Assembly (NCBI RefSeq): GCF_037042905.1 | Contig: NC_087247.1 | Location: forward strand, 12,276,001 to 12,340,000 | Length of the DNA: 64,000 nucleotides | From: Lytechinus pictus | Lineage: Eukaryota | Reading direction: 5' to 3' | Part shown: positions 23,601 to 35,600 of the stretch, in pieces | Numbering within the stretch: the stretch's first letter is position 1 | Layout of the letters: each line of letters opens with the position of its first letter | The notes under the pieces: model-generated | The model's database searches: none | Seen by the model: only the letters and a program-made list of their open reading frames with translations | Told to the model about the DNA's origin: nothing | Translations under genes and position numbers: made by a program

Positions 23601-26600
23601 AAATGAAAATACTGACACAAATAATCTGCCCTTTTCTAATGTATAAGTAAAGAAGGACAGAATTATTGATTTGGAAAGTGAGAAATCTGAAAGTTCCAGC
23701 TTGTTTTGTAACCCCAAGGCCCTATTGCAGAAAACATTGCATTTAAATTAACTCCAATATCGAAGGCAACTTAACTTAATTTACAAATGACCGGTGATCT
23801 GGTGATTAATGGTGATCTTTTCTTGTGGCAAATGGTATGCATCAAGTGTTCATTGGTGACCATTTAGCACCTAAGAAAGGATCACCAGTCGTTATTTAAG
23901 TAGCAAGTAAGTTACAAATGGCTTTATGACAACCTATATAGGAGGCCTGACAATATCTATTCTACGTCTGTCAAGGAGGTAAACTATCAAAAGCTGGGTG
24001 CGTTATGAACGCCTAGCTTAGCCGGGTAATATAGGAGCGCCTTGAGCACCTAACAAGGTGGATATGTGCGCAATATAAATACCCTATATTATTATTATTA
24101 TTATTATTATTATCATAAAAACCATTTAGCTCTTACTCATGGATGTCTATGAAAATTATGATTATTGGGATTCGTAAAAGTTTTTTTTTATGGGGAAAGG
24201 GAAGCACTAACAATGTAACAACTTAATGGTTAATATGAGAATCAATGTACATGAAATGTAACCAGGGCTTCAGTTTGAATGGAATTCTCTAACCTGTGGG
24301 TTGCAGCAATTCATTCAGTTTGTTTTTGCCTCCCATGCACAGATGATGTCAACTAAATAATAATAAAAGTATAATTGTTGATACTTTTCAAATTTTGTTT
24401 TCAATGTTGTCTGCCTGCCCTTTTTTAATTTTATACTTGATTATTTGGTTATTTTTGGCATTTGTCTTTAATGAAGTTAAAATTGTTTGATCTATATTTA
24501 TTGTTTTTATATATTTTCTATGACTTGCATGGTTTATTACAAATTGTTAAAATTGAAAATGACAACTAACTCAGAAATCAGAACGGGTAAGTTGACTCTG
24601 CCACAAATATAAAAAAAGTCATGCACCAATGCCTATGTAAATTTCCCTTCATACACATAAATATAATATATCATCTATAATATGCAACATTAAATATCGA
24701 TATGATTATGATGTTATTGACAAAGTTTTGAAACTCAATTGATTGAAGCATTTTTGAAAAGACATCTTCCATCCATGAAAGATTCAGTATTTTGCATAAA
24801 TTCATCATGCTTTGTATCCATTATATATTCAATATATTGCTATTTGATTTTTAGATTGGACCTCAGGCCTATGTGTTCGGTGTCAACAGTAATGGCTATA
24901 TTTTATTACATCCCAGATTGAAAGCAGAGGTAAGAGATGACTATTTAATGAAATTAATCAAAAAAGAAATTGTGAGAATATTATATTTACAAATCTCTAA
25001 CATTTCACAATTGAATCTGAAAATAACCTCGCAAAGTATGACCTCCTTTTGGAGTACCCATATATATCCAGACACCAAATTATCGAATTAACGAGGTTTA
25101 TACATCATGCTGTTCCCACGCTGTCCCGACACAAATCCATGTTTAGATGATGTAATCATAAATAATATCCTGAAACAAATGATTTACTAATATCAGAAAA
25201 CAAATTTGATACTTCACTGCGAAAACTCCGGTGTTGATTTAACACCAGACCGGAATATATATATGTCCACACCAGAGAAGAATTGAAACAACACCAGTTT
25301 GGAATCAAGCGATGCTGTTTTAATACTAATTGGTGTTGTATGAACACCTATCTGGTGTTAGACCGAAACCAAACTGGTGTTGTTTAACACTTCTCTGGTG
25401 TGGACATTTATAGATTCCAGGCTGGTGTTAAATCAACACCGGAGTTTTTGCAGTGTATTTTAACTCAGAGAGTTCTCAAAACATACTTTGCTTTCTACAT
25501 GTCCTGTGGCATGCTTAATCTTTTCAAATGACAATAATTCAATGTTCTCCTCTGGATCTGAACAAGCTAGATGCTAGTGAGAGAGTGAGAGTGCCTGTTT
25601 TATACCATGATGTAGATAGAAATGCTATATTTACTAACACTTGTTGCTATTGTTAACATTCTGTTCCGACAGTATCTGTACTATTTTCCCTAAATTGTCT
25701 GTGTGCATGCTTCTGCGATATTATTCCCCAGAGCGAGGAGTAAAAGAATGAACTTAATTATTCTTCATAAAAAATAACTCTCTAGTCTCTATTAGGTTCT
25801 ATTGGAATTATACAGGCTATAATTGAAAAGTCAAATTACAATTTTGATGATTATTTTAGTGTAAGGTATTTAAAAGAAAAGATGTTGCCATGCGCCAATT
25901 AAAAAGACTAAATGAATGAGGATTAGAGAAGTATGTAAAGATGAATATGTTTATGAAAGGGCAGTACATTTTGTTACATTATGTATATATATCGAATATC
26001 ACTTTTACTCATGTGTTAGTAGTAAATCAGGGAGTATATCTATTTTCATTTTGTTTAATTAATTGAAGCTATTAAAAGAACAACTCATGTGTAGTTGGCA
26101 ATGTGTTATGAAAAATAGTAAGGAAAATTTGATGTTTAGTCTAGAAATAGGAATTTGTCCTAGTGAAAAAATGTAGGCAATAATTTCAAGTATGTCTATG
26201 TTTCAGCTGTCCTTTTATTTTACCCCCATCTTTTTGAAATAAGAGAACTGGTGATATGTCAGTATGTAAGGACAATTAATATGGTAATAAGACTGAATGG
26301 GATTCGTAATATACAGAAATTTAAGTTTATCTCAGATGCCTTTTTAGCTGAATGGAGTGACTTGTTATTACACAAGCATGATTGAAGTTATCACTTTTTC
26401 ACCCTTTTGCATTTTTTAAACTTTATTTTCTTGCATTTCTAGTAAGACACCAGTGTATAGTAATCTTGCATTCCCCAGTTTACATCCTAAAGTCAGTCAC
26501 CTTTGGGAATATAGTAGAAAGGAAATTAGTATAGTCTACGAGAATGGCAACTGAGCATTAATACATGTATATAGGAGTGATCTGGCAGTTGCTGCCATAG

Positions 26601-29600
26601 CCCAATTTTCTGCATTTATTGTTATTTTAATAATGTACGTCTTTGTTTGACGGTAACCAAGTTTTTTTTTCCACGGGGTATTTTAATGGAATGTAGACAA
26701 TTCAAACTTCTGTTTACATTGTCATTTAAGCCATTTAAATCGCTTAGTGATAATTGCTTAATGCATTTATACGAATGCCATAAAGCGTATTTCATTCTGT
26801 TTATCTTCTATCTCTCAAAAGAGGGAGATTATTTGCTGAGAATTTTTATGGAGATGAGGTGGATGAGACAAAAACTGTTGATAAACTGAATAATAATCAT
26901 TGCAATTGACTTGTTTCTGCTATATCATGTGCTTTTGATTACTCTTTCACTGAGAATAGTCTCATCTGAGGGGTAAAAACAGTTATTTGTCATCAGAAAA
27001 AAGAATGAGGAATTTAGGATCAGCAAATATAAACAACTTTATTCTAACTGATGAATAGAAAAAGATGAATCAAATTTCATGAGAGATGCGAAGCATGTGC
27101 ATTGAGGTTAATCATATAATGAACATGCATGTTATTATTGTCAAGTCATTTCAGTTTATAACTATCAAAGAATCTTGTCATGGGTCAATTTTGATAAAAA
27201 TCCAACATCACATTGAATCATTTGATTTTTATATGGGCTATTGTTTTTTTTTTTTCATGGACCATATTCATGAAAATTCATCATCATCATCTTCACTAAT
27301 ATTTTGGTTTGTGCTGGGGTGCCATTATCAAGATGTTTCAGATATATATTACCAGGATTATTGTGTGAGATTCTTTAATCTTGTAAGTCTCTAAAATCCT
27401 TTTCAGTTTGGTCATGCGCTAAAAATTTACCAGCCATCATTACATATGAATTAATTTGATTTTGCTTTCCTTTTTGTATTCACACCAAGTTTGTTTGGGA
27501 ATATCACGTAATGATACTCATATCCTCCCCCCCCCAAAAAAAATATATATATATACAGCACAAGTATATTCCTCATCAGCTCATAGAACCCTTCATTGTA
27601 TTCCAAAATCACAATTACTTTTCCCAATTTTCTTGATTTGTCAGTATTTATTTCTCCTAACCAGCAACAAAAGAAAACCTTTAAATATATATTGTTATGA
27701 AACTTTTGACATATTTTAATGAACTCTAGGATTGATTTTTCTCTGAATGCATGATTAAAGAAACAAAAACCCATGTAAGCAGTTGATGCATGAACAACTG
27801 AATTAGAAATTGCTGAAAAGGATACTTCCGATAAATACATTTATCGTGATAACTTGTCTCCCCAGACACCTTTGGAATTATAGCATATTGAAACGGACTG
27901 TACTTGCATATTACCTGGTACCTTTCAATATGAAGGTGTAAATTTTATTTTACTCTGCATGACATAGATAAAAACTGATTAAAAAAGTATTACTTACCAT
28001 GCAGAAAAACTTACTTGTGCCTTATGTAACAAGGATGCCCATGCATTTTCAGTATATGTTTGGGCTAACAATAGAAGATTAAAAGACCTTACAAAAAAAC
28101 CACAAATCTTCCATCAATAGAAACAGTACCATTTGATTTTATTTAACATCCTGATATGTTTAACTCATGATTTTCTGTTGCTCTTTATTTTTGTGACATC
28201 CAAGAATGCAAACATATTACTACTCTCATCATCCTTCTTTTCCATTTCAAATTTCTCTTCTTTTTTTGTGTTGGTGATACTAACAGGAACTGATCGAATC
28301 AATTCTCGAGGTACCCTTAAAAACCATATCCCCCCTCCTCCTCTCTCTTTAGTTCCCATTCTGCGGGAATACCCCCCCCCCACAAGTTAGTGAGAGAGCG
28401 AGTGGATGGTTCTCTCGTACACTCCAAGTTGTATTTATTTGATTCTGCAACCTATATCATATCTATCTCCTTATACTCTCATGAAGTGTATGTGTCTTGT
28501 CTATGCATCTCATATACTCTATGTAGTCGTGTGCAGGGTTGGCTGGTGTGGACTGTATGTATTGTTTTCTCACAAAATCAAGTCTGCTTGACACGTCAGT
28601 AGACAATATTAAAAAAAAATCTTATTTCTCCCCTCCTCCACAGTTAACACATTATGTTGAAAATAATCACGATCAGTCGGCATGATGATGACGTCAAAAA
28701 GTATCGAGCCAGAAAGGCTCTGGATTGCTCAGTGCATGTGCAGTATTATGATTTTAAAGAATTTTGCCTCAGTATGATTAGTGAATTGAGTTTTGATTAA
28801 TGCAGAAAAGGCTTTAGATTAATTACTTTGTTTGCCAACTATTATTATGGGTAGTATGGAATACATGCAATGTGCATGAATTATTTTGCCTGCTTTTGCA
28901 AGTGACAACACTTCTATTTTGAATAGCAGTGGATCACCTTATCACTTATTAGAATGATTGGGTAGATGAGAAAGAAATTTATATTTTCTTTTAATATGGA
29001 AACCCCTGTATCTATAAAGACAGAATTAAATTATATAAGAATTCATAAACTGGTTAAGAGCTGCGTATGTAATTAGATCTTACAAATATTTTAAGAGATG
29101 ACTATAATTTCTAATGGAGCAAAATTTAAACTTTGTATGGATACATGGAAATATATTCCCAAAATGAATCATAAGTAAGTTGGGACATATGCTGTAAGTT
29201 TAAGAGAGATTATCTGATAATATAAACTGGGTTTCAAAGAAACTGATTAAACTTTTACAAAGGCACTGTACAAATTCCACTCAGTCAAAATGAACAATAT
29301 TTGTACACAGGCTAGCTTCAATTATCTTTACTAAGCACACATCAATAATTCAGAGATTGGTTCAATCACAGAGAGCTAGCCATAGCCTCTCACATCAATT
29401 GGTTTCTTAATCCAAAGTCACAAAATAGCAAAAAAAAGACCAATTAAAATAAGATGGGATTAAACAAGCTTCCCAGTTTATTACACATGTCCTTCACAGG
29501 CATGTTTAAGTTTAAGTGATTGGCTCAATCACAAAGATGCTTCAGAAAGTTAACATCAAAATTTTAAATGACTGGAACAATCACACCGCCACATAGATCC

Positions 29601-32600
29601 CGGTAAGTGGGGGATAATGTGAAAACTGTGTGTACATGTATCTGTGTATCTCAAACAGCCACACACACACACACATACAGACTGTGTTCAGATTGAGCAC
29701 TTTTAGAAATGTACGTCGACATAGAGGACTGGTACGAGATGACGTCATTTTTTGGCCTGCCATATGCCTCATGTCCTCACACACGTCCACTATCAGAATC
29801 GAGAACCTCGCCACATCCATTTTGCGGTTCTCCTAAATCACAGTGGACGTGTACGTGAGTGACGTCATTTTAAACCGTTCAAGCCCAGCATAAAGATCAA
29901 CCTTTCCCTTTTAAAACACAGTTTTCAGTGACTTTTCACAAAATTAATGTAAATTGTACGATGCACTATGTTTATCATATTTGGAATTGCTTTCTGACCT
30001 CCAAAATATATATCAATATATATCCTAACTCGCGTAAAAAGGAATCAAAGCAAGTGAAAGGGCACGTGTGCACAAGTTGCACCTTCGCATCACCGACCGG
30101 GTCGCCAGGCGATGGTGCGCCAGATCTTCTGGGTCGGGCAGCGTGTCATGACCCGCTGGTTATCGCGCTGTTTCACGTGGACGTACGTACACATACAAGT
30201 CGAGTGAAATCTTAAGTATTCGCATCTGTAGTGAACAAGGGCAGACGACGATGTTGACTCGAACGATCAGAAGACTGCTACGTCGTTCTCGTTCACTGCT
30301 CCTAAAACTCTCTATTATCTCCCCGCTTACAGAGACATCTCCGTGAGATCTGTGTGTGGTTGTGTGATTGTTCCAGTCATTTAAAATTTTGATGTTAACT
30401 TCCTATCACTTCTTTGTCATTGAGCCAATCACTTAAACATGCCCATGAAGGATGTGTTTGATAAACTGGGAAGTTTATTTAATCTCATCTCATTATCAAT
30501 GGTCTTTCTGTTTCCATTTTGTGACTTTGGATTCTGAAATCAATTGATGTGAGGGGCTTTAACATCTCTGTGATTGAACCAATCTCTTTATTGGCATAGA
30601 AGATATTATCAAAGCTAGCTAGCCTGTGTAAAAATATTGTTCATTTTGACTAAGTGGAATTTGTGCAATGCCCTTGTAAAAGTTAGATCAGTATCTTTTG
30701 GAACCCAATTTAGAAAGGAGGTTTTTTTGTCTGGATCTGTCAGGGTAACATATTTTGTAAAATATAAATGGATTAGATAAATTATTGATCATCCTCATTT
30801 TCTTTTATAAAACTTTATAAGTAGAAAGGTTAAAAAAATATAACATGTCCTATCATACAGGTAGTTGTTTGTACTGGTACTGGTTAGATGGATATGTTAA
30901 ATGATATTGACATTGGTGTGGTGTTTTTTAACAATGATTTATATTTTACTAAATTTTCATCTCATACAGTTTACCTAATTTTGATGATTTGTACTCTGTA
31001 TGTTATTAATATTCTATTAACAAGTCACTAATATCACTTTTGTAAAACACATTGAAAAGTGGTGTTTGAGCTCATATCTTGTATGAACATGGTAAATAAA
31101 AATGTAGCATTATGAATGTTTGCTTAAATAGAAGACCCTATTTCAAAAGTATTATGGACTTTGTAATAACATTCAGAAGCATAGGTCTCAGAAATGCAAA
31201 TTAACTTTTGAAATATGATACAAGGAGTTAAACGAGTAACATTTGCATGATGTATCATTTATTAAGTTATTTTTGTAGAGTTAACTTTGTCTATGTTTCC
31301 CACATTAAGGCATGATAGGGAATGTAATGAAGTACATCCATTATCTAAATTAATGACACATGGATGAGATGTTCTAATTTCATGTCTTCATTTTTAGATT
31401 TTCAAGTTTTTTTTAAGTGGGGATCTTTACTTGATTTGTCATAGTGGCTTATTCAAAGCTTTTGATGTGTAACGACCATAGATGAAACTACTCCTTTAAT
31501 CAAATTTGATAACTTTCATGTTTAAACAGAGAATAGAATGGGGAAATTAGTGTAATATCCCTCAAGAATGGGCACCAGAACTTTTTACCTGAATTCCATT
31601 ATTACAGACTTCGTTTTTTAGGTACAAAATTTCTATAAAGTTATTCTAAACAACCCAATGTTGAATTCAAAGATTCTACTCCTTAGCAAAATAATTGTAC
31701 CACGTGTTTTTTTTTTCAATGACCCCACCCATATAATCTTTATTTTTGCGCTGGTCCCAGTTTGCCCCCAAGCCAGTTTTGTGTGAAACATCCCTCTAGG
31801 TATCTTTGCTCCTCTTGATTCAACCACATATAACATGAGTCAACCCTGTAACCCTGTTTCCCAAGCTTGATAGCAAGTTACGCTTGAAAAGTAATTTTAG
31901 AAATGGATATATGTGCCTTCGAAAATGATAGTTTTCTATACTTATTGGCAGCCTTGATAGTGTGAAAAATCCCTATGATAATGATCATTACTTTCATTTT
32001 ACATACAATCTTATCTAAATCATTTTTATTTCACTCTTAGTGATAATCTTCTCGTGTTGAAATTTCCAGAAAATAGTGACTTGGTATCGGGGTTGGATTT
32101 CTCTTCTAATAAATCAGCAAAATTTTCTGTTCTTAGTTTGTCCCTTCGTACTTCATTCTCCTTAGGGTTTTCGTTTCTATCCCTTTTTCAATTTGTTCAC
32201 ATTGATTTGATTTTAAAAATGACATTGCGTTAATATAGCATGTTTTCATCTTGTTATCAGTTGATGTGACACTTGCTCATGTGGCAGTTGAGTATCGTCA
32301 GTCTAAAGCTCTCCGAAGACAAACAAAGAGTTTTAATAGGGGTAGCCCCCATGTTAGCTCAAGGCAACAAGGCAGTAGTTGCCTTGGGTACCGGTACCAT
32401 CCTTGTCTGCCTTGCTGCCCTTGAAATTTCCTCTCACATCTAAAGAAGTTTTAATGCAATTTTTCAAGCGTGCTAAGAAAGCACTGCTTAGTCCTCTTAG
32501 GTGGTTGCTGGGACAACCAGGTGGGTGTTTCATAAAGCTGTTCGTAAAGTTACGCACAACATTAAGCACGACTGGAACATGATCTTAGGTGCTAAGTGAG

Positions 32601-35600
32601 CTACGTAGGGATAGTGTGGCACAAGAAAGGATCACCAGTCGTGCGTAAAGTCTTGCGTAACTTTACAAACAGCTTTATGAAACACTCACCGGGGAGGCGT
32701 TTCACGAAAGGACTTGGCGGATGTTTTATCCGTCAAGTCCAATTTGATCTGACAGTAGCAATAGTAACAGCGCTTCTCATCAGCCAACCGGAATCACTGA
32801 AAGATGTTAGGTCTGGCAACTCGTCAGACAAAAATGTTGATGAAACTGCCCCTTAGAAGGGGTTATGGTCCGTAGTTCCAATAATTTTAGGATATGGGTG
32901 TTGGACATTGATGGCTTCCAAAATGCGGATTCGGGAGCAACTGCTGCTTGAGTAAGTGTCACAGAGTCTGCTATCGTCCATCTTAGCTGTTTTTGGTAAC
33001 TCCTTATGTGTTTAAAAGGTGACCATTTCCGTGTTGTTTTTAAGACTGAGAAGTTGTGTTTCTCCAAGTTGTTTCATGGTGATCCATCTTGCTTTCATTT
33101 CATCTTCAGTTGCTCTTGGTTTGAACCCCCACCTTATCATCATTACCGTCTCCATCCCCGTCACCATCATCATAAATTTGTATTTTCCCAACTTTCATTC
33201 TAGTCCTCTCTCTCTTCATCCCCATTCATCCATCTGTTTTCACCCATTTTTTATGATAATTATGATTTCATTTTGATAGTGTTTCGTTCATGCTCCATCA
33301 TTCCATGTCATATAATTTTACCTCACCCATAGTTTACGCCATTCAAAAACAATTATGCAGACAAAACACTTCATCGATTGAACAATGATTTGAGTAACTA
33401 TAAATTCTCCAATGGTGTAAGATCTCTTTTATATTTTTTAAAGTAAATCAAATAAGTTTGCTTGCACAGTTAATTGATTGACAGAAAGGCTATTAAATCG
33501 ATATAGTTTCACAATAGTTTTTGTAAAGCCCTTATATATTTTTTTTAAATTCAACTTTCCTTCTTTAGAATTTTTATTTTTTTCTTTAAATTTGTTTAAA
33601 TAATATTTATCTAGAAGTCACATCTTAATGTTTCACACATGTAATTGTAAGTTGATCAGTTATTTCTTTTAAAATTTGATGGCCTCTGCATACACTGAAC
33701 ACAATTTTGTGTAGATGGTACATCATAAAGAAGTGAGAAGCCTCCATTATTTGGCCATTTGAATTTTGAAATAGCATTTATGCTACTTTAGAGATTTTTT
33801 CTCTACACCCTCCCTATTATCATATAGAAGAGTGGTTTGCTGTGTTGTGGTATTCCATTTGTTTCATTGTTTCACTATGTCAGTGGGTAAACCTTGCCCC
33901 GGCGTTCCATTGACTAAGAAAGGTTTGCAGTGAAATGTTCATGGAATGGTATGTGTTCATATTCCCCCAGTTATACACGTTTTCATATCCCCAATGCATG
34001 TATTATTTGCATGAAGCCAAGAGGATGTTTAATACTGTAGAGTAAGTTTGAAGGTGGTCATTCAATCTTTCATGACCTTTAAAAACCATTTTTTCCATTT
34101 TGATGGGTTTATTTACTTATTTATTCTTCATCTGTCATTGTTATTATTACTTGTAGTTTATTGATTTTATTTTATTTGATTTTTTTTGGGGGGAGGGGGC
34201 TTGAAAGAATATGGTTATATACACCATTTTATTAGGCTTTTAGTACTTTATGAAACCAAGTAGAAAGTGGAAACCTGTCCTTCCAGTTGACAGAAATTTG
34301 AATGAATCCTCTCACTTATTGATTTAATACTGATATATTTCTAGAAAATAATGTAGAATGGATACAGATCATGTGATATTCCTCACTCACTGGGAGAAGA
34401 AAGCTAGACTTTTTTGAGAAAAAAAACAAGGGTACCTTAATATGACTTTGCATTTATTCTGAGGGACGTGTTACCCCATGATACTACATAGACAAACCTG
34501 TTTTAGTGACATCCTTTATAGAAGGACCACCAAATACCACAGGTTTGATTTCCCTGGAATAGAATTACCTGATAATACTATAGGGAGATTTTGCAACCAC
34601 TACGCAGAAGCTTTCTGGAACATAGAGAATCTATTGTCAAAGCCCTTCATGATAAAGGATGTCCTCGTTGAAAATCGTTGAATCAAAACAGCAGGGTCAT
34701 CCTGGACCCTTGACAAACAACATATATTTGCAATTTTTGACAGCTCCGAATCTTGGGTCAAAGCCGGCCAGTGCCCCCCTTTTTGAGAGGCACAGTTAAA
34801 ATTTGTTAAGTAAAAATACTGTTAAAACAGAAGTGTGCCCCCCTCCTTTGAAAGTGAATACCTTTTTGGGGGGGTTAAAAACCTTCTTTCTTTTTTTTTG
34901 CTTGTCAAATTTTTCCTCTGGAAAATGTGCCCCCCTTTCGGAAAATCCTGGATCTGCCCCTGATTACAGGAACCTGTCCATGAATACCTCTTCACTTGGG
35001 TTTGCTTTTCTTGTCTCTTACAGTGTGGTCTGACAGTTGATTTTGAACTTGAGTTGCTGTATTAGAAATAATTGTTCTACTAAATGAGCAATTGTGGGTT
35101 AGGGTTGGTATTTTTTTAAAGAAGATATCCTACTTTAATGTGTATTTAAGAATTAGATGGAATGAACCACCTTCACTCTTGTGTAACATCTCTCTAGAGA
35201 GTGCTTCATGGAGCTTCTTGTCAGTGGTTTTTGCTGACAAACTTGCTCTGAGCCAATCAGATGCAAGGATTTCAGTAGCTTATGTAGTGGAAATCGATCA
35301 TTGTTATCATGAAAGTGCTCCCTTGGTTTCAGCAGATACCTACCGTGTATGATGAACCCAATAACATCAAAAGGCCACTACAACATAAATGAATAAGAAT
35401 TTCTGTGAAAGTGCAGTGCTGCATACTACTCGTATTTTGTTACTCGTGTGAATCTTCCGAAGTGATATGTTGGAATGCCTAACATAGCAATCAATCAGGC
35501 ATGGTATGGTCCTTTTTCTGAAGGGGCTGTCATCCATTGAAATGCTATAAAACTCTCTCGTATCATAATGAATTCCAGCTGAAGCTATGGAAATTACCTT

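Noticed and set aside
27356-27382. 27-nt AG...gtaagt segment (DYCVRFFNL)
   Set aside because: Good donor but no pyrimidine tract at the acceptor and no homology.
28644-28685. Good acceptor followed by [13 protein letters not shown]
   Set aside because: No donor, homology or nearby poly(A) support; cannot be told from a chance acceptor.
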